Shown one piece after another: positions 49,442-60,078 of a stretch of DNA of 64,000 nucleotides. The position numbers were made by a program, and so were the translations under genes. The stretch is from Promethearchaeati archaeon SRVP18_Atabeyarchaeia-1 (GTDB lineage Archaea; Asgardarchaeota; Atabeyarchaeia; Atabeyarchaeales; Atabeyarchaeaceae), in NCBI GenBank assembly GCA_037308085.1, contig CP147779.1:1760001-1824000 (forward strand), in the 5' to 3' direction. Each line of letters begins with the position of its first letter. Position 1 is the first letter of the stretch. A model generated the notes under the pieces. The model was not told where the DNA came from. It did no database searches and saw only the letters and a program-made list of their open reading frames with translations.

Positions 49442-49478
49442 ATTCCAGGACGTGGATCTTCCCAAAACTTGGAAAGAG

Positions 49479-50258
49479 ATGGTGAAGTTGGCCGAAGGGC
49501 AGGTTACTGATGTGGTTGAGGAATACCTAGAGACAATCTACAGGCTCCAAATGAGGGAAGGTGACGGGGCTAAGACAAATGACATCGTCAGAACAATGAA
49601 GGTCGTTCCAGGAACCGTCACAAATACGGTGGAGCGACTGGAGAAAGAAGGCTTTGTAGAACACGAGCCCTATAAAGGCGTTAAGCTGACAGAGAAAGGA
49701 CGCAAGATCGCGCTGCAAGTCGTCAGAAGGCATCGCCTATCCGAGAGACTGCTCACAGACATTCTCCACGTTAACTGGGGGAAGGCTCACGATATAGCAT
49801 GCAAGATTGAACATGACATCGCTGACGAGGAGGTCATGGAAAGGATTGAGGAGGCATTGGGTAATCCTAAGACGTGCCCTCATGGAAATCCTATCCCCTC
49901 TGAAGACGGAGAGTCCACAGATGACGAATCCAGTGTGAAACGGTCTAGGTCTCTCTGGGATCTTCAAGTCTCAGACTTGGGCGTCATAACGAACATCGCT
50001 GACGAAGATAGCGAGGTTCTGAGGTACCTTTCTGATTTCGGGCTGATGCCTGGCATGAACGTGGAAGTGATCAAGAAAGATCCCGCGGAACACACTATGA
50101 TTGTGCGGCTGGCTGGCTCCGCCATGCACACGATTACCGAAAAGGTGGCTTCATCCATCCGCGTCAGAGGGGCAGAGCGACTCAATAGAGCCGATATTCT
50201 GAACCGCCGCACTCACTCTGTCGGCAAAGGATCGACGTTTGGTGAATACGAAAGCTGA
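49479..50258 (+). CDS. DtxR/MntR-family metal-dependent repressor with FeoA-like C-terminal domain
   Basis: EEYLETIY, RRHRLSERLL, ACKIEH, CPHGNPIP. Confidence 0.95.
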   Translation: MVKLAEGQVTDVVEEYLETIYRLQMREGDGAKTNDIVRTMKVVPGTVTNTVERLEKEGFVEHEPYKGVKLTEKGRKIALQVVRRHRLSERLLTDILHVNWGKAHDIACKIEHDIADEEVMERIEEALGNPKTCPHGNPIPSEDGESTDDESSVKRSRSLWDLQVSDLGVITNIADEDSEVLRYLSDFGLMPGMNVEVIKKDPAEHTMIVRLAGSAMHTITEKVASSIRVRGAERLNRADILNRRTHSVGKGSTFGEYES

Positions 50259-50282
50259 GAAATGCTGGGCAGTTGAGCCATA

Positions 50283-50732
50283 ATGCAGAGAACAGAGAGA
50301 TACCTGACCGAGCTAATGGAAGGAGAGGCAGGGATCGTAGTGGATGTCGAAACAGAGAACTGCCCTGAAAGAGGCAAAAAAGGAGCGCGCAGTGGCGTGA
50401 GCTGCGTGGCCGGCTGTGCCTCGAGGTGGGGTGCAGTTCAAAGGCTCTCGGAATTAGGCTTGACTCTTGGAACGGAGGTCACCATGACGAGTTCTGCTCC
50501 CCTCAATGGATCTCTTGAGGTATCCGCCAGAGGACGTAAGATAGTACTCGGAAATGAGTTGGCCTCACGGATCGTAGTCACGGAAACCAATCGTGATGAG
50601 CGCCCGAGTCGGAAAAACTCGAATGAAATAGCTAGCAAGAAAGGCGTTCAAAGGCGAAACCAAAATAGGTTGCCTCACACGAGAGCCGTGCAAAAAGAAA
50701 TAGAAGAGTACAGAGGGATACGTCTTGACTAA
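50283..50732 (+). CDS. feoA: FeoA family protein
   Basis: RLSELGLTLG, SAPLNGSLEV..RGRKIVLG..LA. Confidence 0.85.
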   Translation: MQRTERYLTELMEGEAGIVVDVETENCPERGKKGARSGVSCVAGCASRWGAVQRLSELGLTLGTEVTMTSSAPLNGSLEVSARGRKIVLGNELASRIVVTETNRDERPSRKNSNEIASKKGVQRRNQNRLPHTRAVQKEIEEYRGIRLD

Positions 50733-51021
50733 GACTGTACTAAACTTGACAGAACTAACAGACGGACAAGGAGGCATTGTTGTCGGCGTGGATGGCTCAG
50801 CTGGCAAGAGAAGGGATCAAGATGGTACCCTGAAGGCCTGCTCCGAAGAGAAATGCGGGTTTGTGAGACGGCTCATGGATCTCGGTTTGACCCCCGGAGC
50901 CAAGGTCATGGTTGTGAAGTCAGCTCCCTTTAACGGACCCTTGGAGATTCTGGTCAGAGGATCCAGAATAGCGCTGGGCAGATGCGTGGCTTCAAGGATC
51001 AAGGTGGAGGTGACGGGATGA
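50725..51021 (+). CDS. feoA: FeoA family protein
   Basis: RRLMDLGLTPG, SAPFNGPLEILVRGSRIALGR. Confidence 0.92.
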   Translation: MTKTVLNLTELTDGQGGIVVGVDGSAGKRRDQDGTLKACSEEKCGFVRRLMDLGLTPGAKVMVVKSAPFNGPLEILVRGSRIALGRCVASRIKVEVTG

Positions 51022-53114
51022 ATGGCAGTTCCAGCAAGGGTGCAACTCTCCCAACAGAGGGACCCCACGTTAAAGTGAAATCTGGCTCGAAAGATCACGG
51101 CGAGCCCCTCGGAGGGAAAGGGCTGCTAAAGATCGCCCTCGCAGGAAATGCCAATGTCGGGAAAAGCGCGATTTTTAATCAATTGACTGGATTGCATCAG
51201 CATATCGGAAACTGGCCTGGAAAGACTGTGGAAAGGGCTGAAGGAACTCTTCACTTCAAGGGATACACGATCGATGTAGTCGACTTGCCTGGCATCTACT
51301 CACTCTCGACTTACTCTATCGAGGAGCTGGTCTCGAGGGAATACATCACATCTGAGAAACCTGACTTGGTTATCGACGTGATTGATGCCACTCTGTTGGA
51401 GAGGAACCTGTTTTTCACTCTGCAACTGATGGAACTGGAGACCCCTCTAGTCGTCGCTTTGAACCAGATTGACTTGGCGAAGAGAAAAGGAATCGACATC
51501 GACATAAGGAAACTGGAGAAGGCTCTTGGGGTTCCTGTGGTTTCCACCGTTGCGGTCAAGGGAATAGGAATCTATGAACTCTTGGATAAGGCAATAGAAA
51601 CCATTGAACGCAAGAGAAACCGAAAACACCAAAACGCGGGCAAGGGAAAAACCCAAGGAGATACTGGGCAAGAAAAAAGCTGCTACCTCAATGGTCCGAT
51701 CAGGTATGGAAATGAGATCGAGGCGAGAATCAACGGTCTGGTAGTCAAGCTTAAGCAGCATCGATGGAAATATCCCAGTAGATACCTGGCGATCAAGCTC
51801 CTCGAAGAGGATGAGGAGATCGCAACAGAAGTCGCGAAACTCGATCCTGCGACAGTCTCAAAGGCTGGAGAGCTTTCCGATGAGCTTGAGAGAATCCACA
51901 GTCACTCTTGCTCTACCCTAATTACGTCGGAGCGGTATGAGGTTGCTGGCTTTATAGCTAGGGATGTTGAAGAGGTGAAGTCCCCGCTGAAGCCCCTATT
52001 AGAGGAACGGCTGCACGATGTCACGACCAGCAGGTTCATGGGTTATCCCATAATGCTCATCACAGTGGCATCCATGTTCCTCTTAGTTTTCGCTTTCGGG
52101 GGATGGTTCTCAGGTCTACTGTCGAGCTTCTTCTACGGCTGGCAGCCAGCCTTCCAAGCAGCACTTGGGGGTGGGGTGATGTCTAGTCTGGGATGGAGCG
52201 TTATTGAAGGAGTAGTAGCTGCTATCACCGTTGCCTTGCCTTTCATAATTCCCTTCTACGTCATTCTCTTCGTTCTGGAGAACTCGGGCTACCTCAGCAG
52301 GGTAGCATTCCTAATGGACAATCTGATGCACAAGATAGGACTTCACGGGAAAGCCTTCATCCCGATGATTCTCGGGTACGGCTGCAATGTCCCAGCATGC
52401 CTTGGCTGTAGGATAATGGAAACCGATAGAGAACGGCTTCTCGCAGCATTCGTGACGACTCTGGTGCCATGCGCCGCAAGAACAGTAGTAATCCTCGGAC
52501 TCGTCGGAGCATTCCTCGGAATACAATATGCTCTGGCTATCTACGTCTTTGACCTGGCAGTGATCTTCCTTCTGGGAAGGATAGCATTCAAAGTCCTGCC
52601 GGGCGAACCTACTGCGCTAATAATGGAGATGTCAGACTACAAGCTACCCCACATGAAGACGGTCTTCAAGGAGACCTGGGTTAGGCTTCTGGAATTTGTG
52701 AAGATGGCGTTTCCAATAATCATAGTCGGCAGCTTCGTTCTCAAACTGATGAGTGTCATTGGCCTCATGGAGCCAATATCCGCTGCACTCAGCCCAGTGA
52801 CAGTTGGATGGCTTGGCTTGCCAGCTGTGACTGGGATCATCCTGATTTTTGGTGTGCTGCGGAAGGAGTTGGCGCTAATAATGCTTGCCGCACTCGTTGG
52901 GACAACTAATTTCGCGCTTGTGTTGACACCCATCCAGATGATCGTGTTCACGATAGTCGTAATGTTCTACGTTCCATGCCTCGCAACAATCGGAGCATTG
53001 GTCAAAGAATTCGGCTGGAAGAGGGCTCTATACGTAACCCTTTTTGAAATACTGTTCGCCATCGCCCTCGGAGGAATAGTCTTAAGAATCCTAACACTCG
53101 TGCTCCAATTATGA
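51018..53114 (+). CDS. feoB: Ferrous iron transporter B
   Basis: [41 protein letters not shown]. Confidence 0.97.
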   Translation: MNGSSSKGATLPTEGPHVKVKSGSKDHGEPLGGKGLLKIALAGNANVGKSAIFNQLTGLHQHIGNWPGKTVERAEGTLHFKGYTIDVVDLPGIYSLSTYSIEELVSREYITSEKPDLVIDVIDATLLERNLFFTLQLMELETPLVVALNQIDLAKRKGIDIDIRKLEKALGVPVVSTVAVKGIGIYELLDKAIETIERKRNRKHQNAGKGKTQGDTGQEKSCYLNGPIRYGNEIEARINGLVVKLKQHRWKYPSRYLAIKLLEEDEEIATEVAKLDPATVSKAGELSDELERIHSHSCSTLITSERYEVAGFIARDVEEVKSPLKPLLEERLHDVTTSRFMGYPIMLITVASMFLLVFAFGGWFSGLLSSFFYGWQPAFQAALGGGVMSSLGWSVIEGVVAAITVALPFIIPFYVILFVLENSGYLSRVAFLMDNLMHKIGLHGKAFIPMILGYGCNVPACLGCRIMETDRERLLAAFVTTLVPCAARTVVILGLVGAFLGIQYALAIYVFDLAVIFLLGRIAFKVLPGEPTALIMEMSDYKLPHMKTVFKETWVRLLEFVKMAFPIIIVGSFVLKLMSVIGLMEPISAALSPVTVGWLGLPAVTGIILIFGVLRKELALIMLAALVGTTNFALVLTPIQMIVFTIVVMFYVPCLATIGALVKEFGWKRALYVTLFEILFAIALGGIVLRILTLVLQL

Positions 53115-53162
53115 AAGCACAATTTTCAGGGTCCTTTTAAGAAGAGTTGAAGAAAGAGATCT

Positions 53163-53591
53163 ATGTTCCAGACTCCTGAATCTCTCAAGTGGGTGATTTC
53201 AACGAAAAGGTCGGTCCTTATCACGCGCTCGGTTATTGACAGCATTCTTACATATGCGAAGGTCCAGCATCCTAGGGAAGGAATCCTGCTCCTCAGCGGA
53301 AGGATAGATAGTGACGGAATCCAAGTCGACGAAGTTATTGTGCCTCCCCTCGCTGTCCATGGGTATGGCTTCTCGAGTTTTCCTTTCCAGATGCTTCCAA
53401 TAGATCTGTCCGTGGTAGGCACGGCGCATTCCCATCCTTCTGGAGTTCTCCGGCCATCGGTTGAAGATCTGAACCACTTCTACGGTAGAGTGATGGTCAT
53501 AACAGCGTACCCGTACGATTCCGAGAGCCAGATCGCAGTCTACGACAAAGCGGGGACGACCATAAAGTACGAGATAGAAAAAGGAGCATGA
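53163..53591 (+). CDS. JAB1/MPN (JAMM) metalloprotease
   Basis: PRE...AHSHPSG..RPSVEDL, intact JAMM motif. Confidence 0.92.
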   Translation: MFQTPESLKWVISTKRSVLITRSVIDSILTYAKVQHPREGILLLSGRIDSDGIQVDEVIVPPLAVHGYGFSSFPFQMLPIDLSVVGTAHSHPSGVLRPSVEDLNHFYGRVMVITAYPYDSESQIAVYDKAGTTIKYEIEKGA

Positions 53592-53728
53592 ATTCGCTCG
53601 CCAGACAATCATGGTGAACGATCCTTCTAATTCTGCGGGCACGGCCGCTGCCTGCCGTGACATCTATATTGCCCTGATCCACTTCCAGCGTGAACAGGAA
53701 AAAAAGGGAGAGAGTTGGGTGCGACTCT

Positions 53729-55096
53729 TCATGTCTCTTTAGCTACTCTTTTTCCCCCGTGCTCTTTTTCCAGCTGCTTGAAATTGAAGTCTACTTTGAC
53801 ATGTTGTAGTGCTAGTGCTCCCATTAGAAGGAATATCGCCAGAACTGGCCCGAATGCTCGATATCCTGTGTTTCCTGGGAAGGCCACGTTCCAAGTTAGA
53901 ATGCCAGATATGAAGAAGCCTAGAGCTTGGAATAGATTCAAAGGAATGGAGTTGAAACCCATATAGATGCCCGCTCGCGCTTCGCCAGTCTTTATTTCAT
54001 CTTCGTGAGCTATGTCTGACATGATCACGTAGGGGAAGATCATGTATCCAGACATGTTGAATGCAACTAATGCGACGTATATGAACCCCTGCCAGAACAG
54101 CGGTATCGGTACGCCTGGCCATCCGATTAGCAAGGAAAATGGTAGAACCGCAGTCAGGAACAGCATTGCGAAGGTGAAACTACTTTTCCTGCCAACTTTC
54201 CTGATAACCAGCATCCAGATGAGAAAACTAAGGATTACGACAACGATGAATACGGCGCCGAATATGATGTAGTCTATCGTCGTTGAAAAGTTCAAGACAT
54301 ACTGAACAAAACCTAGCACCATGCTCTGAATAGAGATGAATGCGACGGACAATAATCCTTGGCAGACGATCCATGCCAGGTAGTTCTTGTTGGCAGTTAT
54401 GACTCTGAACTCGCGTCTAATGGATGGTGTCTTGATTTGCTTCTCATGCGATTCTAGGAGCTTCAATATCGAGGGGATGTAGAAGACGATCTGTACCATG
54501 GAAGCTATGAACATTATCTCAAGGATTAAGCCCCAGCTACCGGCTTTTATCAGGCTCGGAAATGTGAATGCAATTAGTATTCCGATCGCAGTTCCAATCA
54601 TGTTTGTCGTATTCAGGATTGTCGATAATCGGACTCTCTCTTCTGGCTCGGTTAACTCTGGCATCCAGCTCTGATATGGTGTACTGATCCATCCGTACCA
54701 GAAGTTCACCATGCAAACTGCGATTGTCATGTATAAGAACAGAGGTATCTGGTAAGAGCCTGCATTAGCATCAGGTACCATCGCGGATGTGGGCAAGAAG
54801 TAGGTTGGCGAGAATAGTAGAATCATGGAAAGTGCGAGAAATGGTATTCCAGTGATAACGAAAGGTTTTCTTCTCCCATATCGGGTGCCTTTCAATCTGT
54901 CACTTAGAGCGCCGGCCGCAAACTGTGATATCATTATCGTTATTTTGCTGAGAGCTAAGGCGATTCCGGCATACAAGCCAATTAGCACAAGCGGGTTTGC
55001 TTCATAGAAGTTCAATGGAGCGAATTCGACTAGTCGCAGGGCAATCTGAGCACCCAGCGGTCCAATGCCATACCACAACTTATGACTTGCCTTCAT
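53729..55096 (-). CDS. MFS transporter, GPH/MelB-like
   Basis: GALSDR...GRRKPF, PYQSWMPEL, SDI...E..TGE.RAG.Y.G. Confidence 0.9.
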   Translation of the reverse strand: MKASHKLWYGIGPLGAQIALRLVEFAPLNFYEANPLVLIGLYAGIALALSKITIMISQFAAGALSDRLKGTRYGRRKPFVITGIPFLALSMILLFSPTYFLPTSAMVPDANAGSYQIPLFLYMTIAVCMVNFWYGWISTPYQSWMPELTEPEERVRLSTILNTTNMIGTAIGILIAFTFPSLIKAGSWGLILEIMFIASMVQIVFYIPSILKLLESHEKQIKTPSIRREFRVITANKNYLAWIVCQGLLSVAFISIQSMVLGFVQYVLNFSTTIDYIIFGAVFIVVVILSFLIWMLVIRKVGRKSSFTFAMLFLTAVLPFSLLIGWPGVPIPLFWQGFIYVALVAFNMSGYMIFPYVIMSDIAHEDEIKTGEARAGIYMGFNSIPLNLFQALGFFISGILTWNVAFPGNTGYRAFGPVLAIFLLMGALALQHVKVDFNFKQLEKEHGGKRVAKET

Positions 55097-55720
55097 GAAG
55101 AGTCTTTATTTGCGGTATCTGTATTTAAATAGGTTGTGTCCTAGAGCCTTGCCCGATAAGTAAGTCGGTAGATTACAGAGTATTAGCCAGGGATCTGGGC
55201 GCTTCTGACTGCAAAATGAAAGGCAGAACAAAGGCATTGTGAGGTGCACTGCTCTCACACTGTCCTGTTTTGAGAAAAGATTGTGCTTTCCACGTGCATA
55301 TGTGCACTCGTGCAAAGCTCTCCCTCGTTATCGCGTCTCTCAAAGACTACATGGTAAGCCTGGTAGTTGCACTCTGGCCTAGTCGCCAGCAAACAAGGGG
55401 TGAAGGCTGGACAATATCGCTTCCAGTTAAAAGTTAACATTATCGTTGGCAAACAACAAAAGCTATTTATCCCGTCTTCAATCGCTCAATTAGTGGACGC
55501 AAGCCTGATGATCGCGTATGTTTTGCAGCATTTGCAGAGAAGATGAGATCGCACATAGGTTGTTGTTCCCTTTAGTATTGTTCCGATTCCCATTTCGCAT
55601 TGGAAAGGCTAATAGATTCGAAGCCATGAAAAGTGATGAGGCATGCGCAAGGTCGCGCTTGAGAGTGGTTGTATCCATGATAACCAGCAGCATTCGGTTT
55701 GAGATTGGAACAGTCATGGG

Positions 55721-57193
55721 ATGGTAGGAAGTGAGTTTATGGTTATTTCGAATAGGGGCATTGTGGTTCTGGGGGGTGGCGCCACTGGAATAGAAGCGTC
55801 GTTGAACCTTGCAGATATGGGCTTCACAGTGCATCTTGTTGAGGGATCACCTACGCTGGGGGAGAAGATTCTCTATGCAGATCATACGACCTCGTCCGAT
55901 TCTTCCATCACGACGCTTTACCCAAAGATGGTGGAGTGTGCAAGACATCCCAGGATATTGTTGCACCTCAATTCAGCCGTTGCTGCCTTCAAAGGGGGTC
56001 GCGGAGATTTCGTCTTGAGAATCGTTGAAAAGCCCAGATACGTCAGTTCCGAGAAGTGTGTGGGCTGTCAAGCGTGCTCAGACAAATGCCCAGCCAAGGT
56101 CCAGAATGAGTTGGACGCGGGCAGAAGCATGAGAAAGGCCATCTATATGCCCTTGCCAGAATCGGTACCTAGAATCGTGACTATAGACTCCAAGAACTGC
56201 CTATTCTTCACCAAGAAGATCTGCAGAGTATGTGAAAGGTTCTGCACGTCTGGCGCAATAGACTTCGACCAGAAGCCACGTGAGACAGAACTGAATGTTG
56301 CATCAATTGTCGTTGCACCAACTCTGGACATGAAAGACGCCTCAATTCTACCGAACGTGAAAGATGTTGGAATCTACCGCTGCAAGCACCCCGCTGATTG
56401 CAGACCTGAGGATTTGCAGGCGGCCATCAAACTGGGAGCGGCGGTCGCGAATGCCGTTGGCCAGGATATGGCGGGGGCCTTAGGAATTGCAGAGTTCAAC
56501 AGGCTAGCCACGCTTAGCCCAAGAAGCATCACAGCTGTAGTCGATCAAGGCAAATGCAACGGGTGTGGCGCGTGCGAGAATCTTTGCGCGAGTGGAGCCC
56601 CGAAGGTCACATCGACTGGTGGGCAGAAGCTTTCCCAGATTAACCCTCTTCGCTGCGAGGGTTGCGGGACTTGCGTCGCCGGGTGCCCACGCTTTGCGAT
56701 CACGTTGCAGAACTACGCCGACGATCAGGTTCTCGGTCAGGTCAATGTTGTTCTTAGTCAAGCCGTGGCGCCTGGTGAGCCGCGGATTCTGATGTTTGCA
56801 TGCGAATACTGTGGCTTCCCCACCTCAGAGCGTACTGGAGCGTGGAAAACAGACTACCCTGAAAATGTCAAGGTTGTGAGCCTTCCCTGTAGCGGCAGAC
56901 TGGACCCGTTCATCGTGGCTGCAGCTCTCAAGGCTGGGGCTGACGGCGTGATAATATCAGGTTGCAGACCAGGACACTGTCATTTCCTGATTGGAAACAA
57001 GGTTGCGGAGCAGAGGTACAGGATCCTCGAAGAGGCGATGGATACACTTGATGCTGGCTCGTGTAGAGTCCGTCTCCAATGGATCTCTCCCAGCGAACCT
57101 AAACCGTTCACGAGCTTCGTCAAAGAGATGTCCGAAAGACTTCGAGAACTTGGTCCTAACCCGATAAGGAATTCAGCGGCCGGGAATAGCTGA
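55721..57193 (+). CDS. Internally deleted HdrA-like protein fused to MvhD
   Basis: GGGATG Rossmann start, inserted and C-terminal 2[4Fe-4S] ferredoxins, MvhD motifs CEYC/CSGR/GCRPGHCHF; lacks the CxGSR..CSRxCC domain. Confidence 0.82.
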   Translation: MVGSEFMVISNRGIVVLGGGATGIEASLNLADMGFTVHLVEGSPTLGEKILYADHTTSSDSSITTLYPKMVECARHPRILLHLNSAVAAFKGGRGDFVLRIVEKPRYVSSEKCVGCQACSDKCPAKVQNELDAGRSMRKAIYMPLPESVPRIVTIDSKNCLFFTKKICRVCERFCTSGAIDFDQKPRETELNVASIVVAPTLDMKDASILPNVKDVGIYRCKHPADCRPEDLQAAIKLGAAVANAVGQDMAGALGIAEFNRLATLSPRSITAVVDQGKCNGCGACENLCASGAPKVTSTGGQKLSQINPLRCEGCGTCVAGCPRFAITLQNYADDQVLGQVNVVLSQAVAPGEPRILMFACEYCGFPTSERTGAWKTDYPENVKVVSLPCSGRLDPFIVAAALKAGADGVIISGCRPGHCHFLIGNKVAEQRYRILEEAMDTLDAGSCRVRLQWISPSEPKPFTSFVKEMSERLRELGPNPIRNSAAGNS

Positions 57194-57231
57194 TTAAAGG
57201 GAATAAGTACTCAAACGAGGTTGAACAACCA

Positions 57232-57741
57232 TTGGATCTCCCTGAGAAAATAACCCCTGACCCCTCATTCATGGAGGAAGTCCTGAGCGAGCCGGATGGA
57301 GAGATGCTGAGATACTGCTTCAATTGCGGGACTTGCACCGCTTCATGCGTCGTCAGCAGACACACCGAGAATTACAGACCAAGAATGATCCTTCACTTAG
57401 TATCGCTGGGAGCACGGGATGCAATCCTCAAAAGCAAGGAGATCTGGCTTTGCGCAGCATGCAACACGTGCGGGGAGCGCTGCCCCCAGGGAATCAATAT
57501 AGCCGAAGCGATGAATGTTCTCCGCAGGCTCGCCATAAAGCACAATCAGATCCCCTCCTCCGTGAGAGCGCTTGCTTCGAGTATAGTGAAGTTCGGCAGA
57601 ATCTACGAGATAGACGACTTCATAGAGGAGGAGCGTCAAGACTTAGGTCTGCCTGTGCTTCCACCTCCCGACAAGAAATTCCTAGAATCCCTGTCAAGGA
57701 AGATTAACTCGAAATCGCCAAACCTTCTTCCCTCTGAATAG
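57232..57741 (+). CDS. hdrC: Heterodisulfide reductase subunit C
   Basis: CFNCGTCTASC; IWLCAACNTCGERCPQG. Confidence 0.93.
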   Translation: MDLPEKITPDPSFMEEVLSEPDGEMLRYCFNCGTCTASCVVSRHTENYRPRMILHLVSLGARDAILKSKEIWLCAACNTCGERCPQGINIAEAMNVLRRLAIKHNQIPSSVRALASSIVKFGRIYEIDDFIEEERQDLGLPVLPPPDKKFLESLSRKINSKSPNLLPSE

Positions 57742-57786
57742 ATGACGCGGCAAGAACAGATCCAAAGAACCAAGAGGTAAACAAGA

Positions 57787-58710
57787 ATGAACCAAGCCGC
57801 CAAAAGCAATTACAAGGGCTGCCATTGTGGTAGCAGGGACAATAGATACGGCTACTTCGCAGGATGCACCATCCCCGCCAGATTGAACAGCTACGAACTC
57901 TCTTCTCGAAAAGTCCTAAACAGGCTTGGGGTAGAGCTGGTGAATCTCGAAGGGGCCTCTTGCTGCGGAATGCCTCTTGAGCGAGTTGACCACGAATCCC
58001 ACATGTTCATGGTTAGCAAGGTTCTCGCTGAGGCGGAGCGGCAGGAGCTTGATATCCTGACTCTCTGTTCAGGTTGCTTCGGGAGCTTGTCACGAGGTGC
58101 CGCTTACCTCACTAGTCACCAAGAAGAATGGAAGAAGATGAACGAATCACTCGGAGAATTCAACCTCCAATACAGAGGCATAGCCCAAGTCCGGCACTTA
58201 ATTCAGATCCTCTACGAAGATGTCGGTCCTGCAAGGATCAGAAGCCAGGTCAAGCGGGATCTGGGCAAGCTTAGAGTTGCAGCGCACTATGGCTGCCACC
58301 CGCTGAAGCCACACGATATAGTCAAGTTCGATGATCCAGAGGAACCGAAGAGCCTTGATGAACTCATCAGCGCTACAGGTGCGGATAGCGTTGAATACAA
58401 GGACAAACTGCAATGCTGCGGATCACCTATCTTGGCTGCCGACGAGGGCCTCGCCATGAAAATAGCGAAGACGAAGCTGGACAACATAAAAGCTGCAAAT
58501 GTTGACGCTATTGTCACGATCTGTCCGTTCTGCGAACTGATGCTTGATGGAATGCAGATAGTCATCGGAGACAAGTTCAAGGAGAACTATGGTATCCCCG
58601 CGCTGTTCCTGCCTCAGCTAATAGGGCTCGCCATGGGCATTGAACCAGTAGACCTTGGCATTAACATGAACAAGGTAAGCGCGGAGAACCTGCTTAGCCG
58701 CATAGCATGA
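57787..58710 (+). CDS. hdrB: Heterodisulfide reductase subunit B
   Basis: Two CCG domains; HYGCH; CPFC. Confidence 0.95.
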   Translation: MNQAAKSNYKGCHCGSRDNRYGYFAGCTIPARLNSYELSSRKVLNRLGVELVNLEGASCCGMPLERVDHESHMFMVSKVLAEAERQELDILTLCSGCFGSLSRGAAYLTSHQEEWKKMNESLGEFNLQYRGIAQVRHLIQILYEDVGPARIRSQVKRDLGKLRVAAHYGCHPLKPHDIVKFDDPEEPKSLDELISATGADSVEYKDKLQCCGSPILAADEGLAMKIAKTKLDNIKAANVDAIVTICPFCELMLDGMQIVIGDKFKENYGIPALFLPQLIGLAMGIEPVDLGINMNKVSAENLLSRIA

Positions 58711-58729
58711 GAAGAGGAGTGAGGAGAAG

Positions 58730-60076
58730 ATGTCAGAGCCTCCCGACATGGGCGCGAGAACTGAGGGAAACCAGAAGGCATGCCTCGTAATTGGCGGAGG
58801 AATTGCAGGCATACAGGCCTCCATCGATCTTGCTGACCAAGGCTTCAAGGTCTATCTTGTTGAGCGGGAGCCGAGCATAGGTGGACACATGGCTCAGCTT
58901 GACAAGACGTTTCCAACACTCGACTGCTCCGCGTGCATACTGACTCCAAAAATGGTTGATGCTTCGAGACACCGAAACATTGAGCTAATCACGTACGCAG
59001 AGGTCAACTCGGTGACGGGTGAAGCCGGAGACTTCGAAGTCAAGATAACAAGGAAACCTCGATTTGTCAGGTCGGACAAGTGCACTGGCTGCGGAACTTG
59101 TTCTAGGCATTGCCCGGTTGAGGTTCCAAATGAATTTGATGTGGGACTCGGCATAAGGAATGCGATATACGTACCGTTTCCTCAGGCTGTTCCATCGACC
59201 TACACGGTTGATGATGCACACTGCATCAAATGCAAGCTCTGCGAGAACATATGCCAGGCGGGCGCATTGGACTTTAGCCAGAAGCCGGTTGAGACGAAGC
59301 TGAATGTCGGAGCCGTGATAGTCTGTACTGGCTTCGACTTCTTCGATGTCAAGCAGCACTACAAGAACCTAGGTTACGGGAGATATGACAACGTTATCTC
59401 ATCACTTGAATTTGAGCGGCTAATCAACGCGTCGGGTCCAACAAGCGGCTCGGTAATTAGGCTCTCTGACGGTAGAGTCCCGAAGAGAATCGCCTTCGTC
59501 AACTGCATAGGGAGCAGAGACGAGAAAAAGGGCATTGAATACTGTTCGAGGGTCTGCTGCATGTATTCAACCAAGAACGCTATCCTCGCTACCGAGCACG
59601 TGGATGGCTGCGAGCCAACTATATACTTCATAGACCTCCGAGCCTTTGGGAAGGGATTCGAAGAGTTCTACAAGTTGGCCGAGAAGACCTACGGAGTGAA
59701 GTACGTGAAGGGAAGAGTAGGTGAAATAGCCCAAGATCCTGAGACGAAGAACCTAATCATAAGAGCGGAGGACACCGCGTCCGGAAGAGTGCTCACAAAC
59801 GAACATGATTTGGTGGTTCTGTCACCCGGACTGACTGCATGCAAGCAGGCAATCGACTTCACTAAGTGGGGTTTGCCGGTCGAGAGAGATCGCCACGGCT
59901 TCTACCAAAGCAGGGAGGCTGCAACGCTCCCCGTTGATACATGCGTCAAGGGGTTCTACGTATGTGGAGCCGCCGAAAGTCCAAAGGATATCCCAGACTC
60001 AGTTGCCCAAGCCAGCGCCGCGGCAATGAGGGCTTCGATTGTCTTGGCAGGCAGTCAACCCAAGAGGAGGTACTAG
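58730..60076 (+). CDS. hdrA: HdrA-family flavoprotein, short form (no N-terminal domain or C-terminal ferredoxin)
   Basis: IGGGIAG, GGHMAQLDKTFPTLDCSAC, CIGSR, YCSRVCC, PKDIPDSV. Confidence 0.93.
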   Translation: MSEPPDMGARTEGNQKACLVIGGGIAGIQASIDLADQGFKVYLVEREPSIGGHMAQLDKTFPTLDCSACILTPKMVDASRHRNIELITYAEVNSVTGEAGDFEVKITRKPRFVRSDKCTGCGTCSRHCPVEVPNEFDVGLGIRNAIYVPFPQAVPSTYTVDDAHCIKCKLCENICQAGALDFSQKPVETKLNVGAVIVCTGFDFFDVKQHYKNLGYGRYDNVISSLEFERLINASGPTSGSVIRLSDGRVPKRIAFVNCIGSRDEKKGIEYCSRVCCMYSTKNAILATEHVDGCEPTIYFIDLRAFGKGFEEFYKLAEKTYGVKYVKGRVGEIAQDPETKNLIIRAEDTASGRVLTNEHDLVVLSPGLTACKQAIDFTKWGLPVERDRHGFYQSREAATLPVDTCVKGFYVCGAAESPKDIPDSVAQASAAAMRASIVLAGSQPKRRY

Positions 60077-60078
60077 AC

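Noticed and set aside
49289-49478. Long N-terminal extensions of the tnpB and dtxR ORFs given in the track
   Set aside because: They run through TATA boxes, operators and (for dtxR) the element end; the downstream starts fit better.
55518-55727. Small ORF as a remnant of the HdrA N-terminal domain
   Set aside because: Only faint similarity; the conserved Cys motifs are absent.
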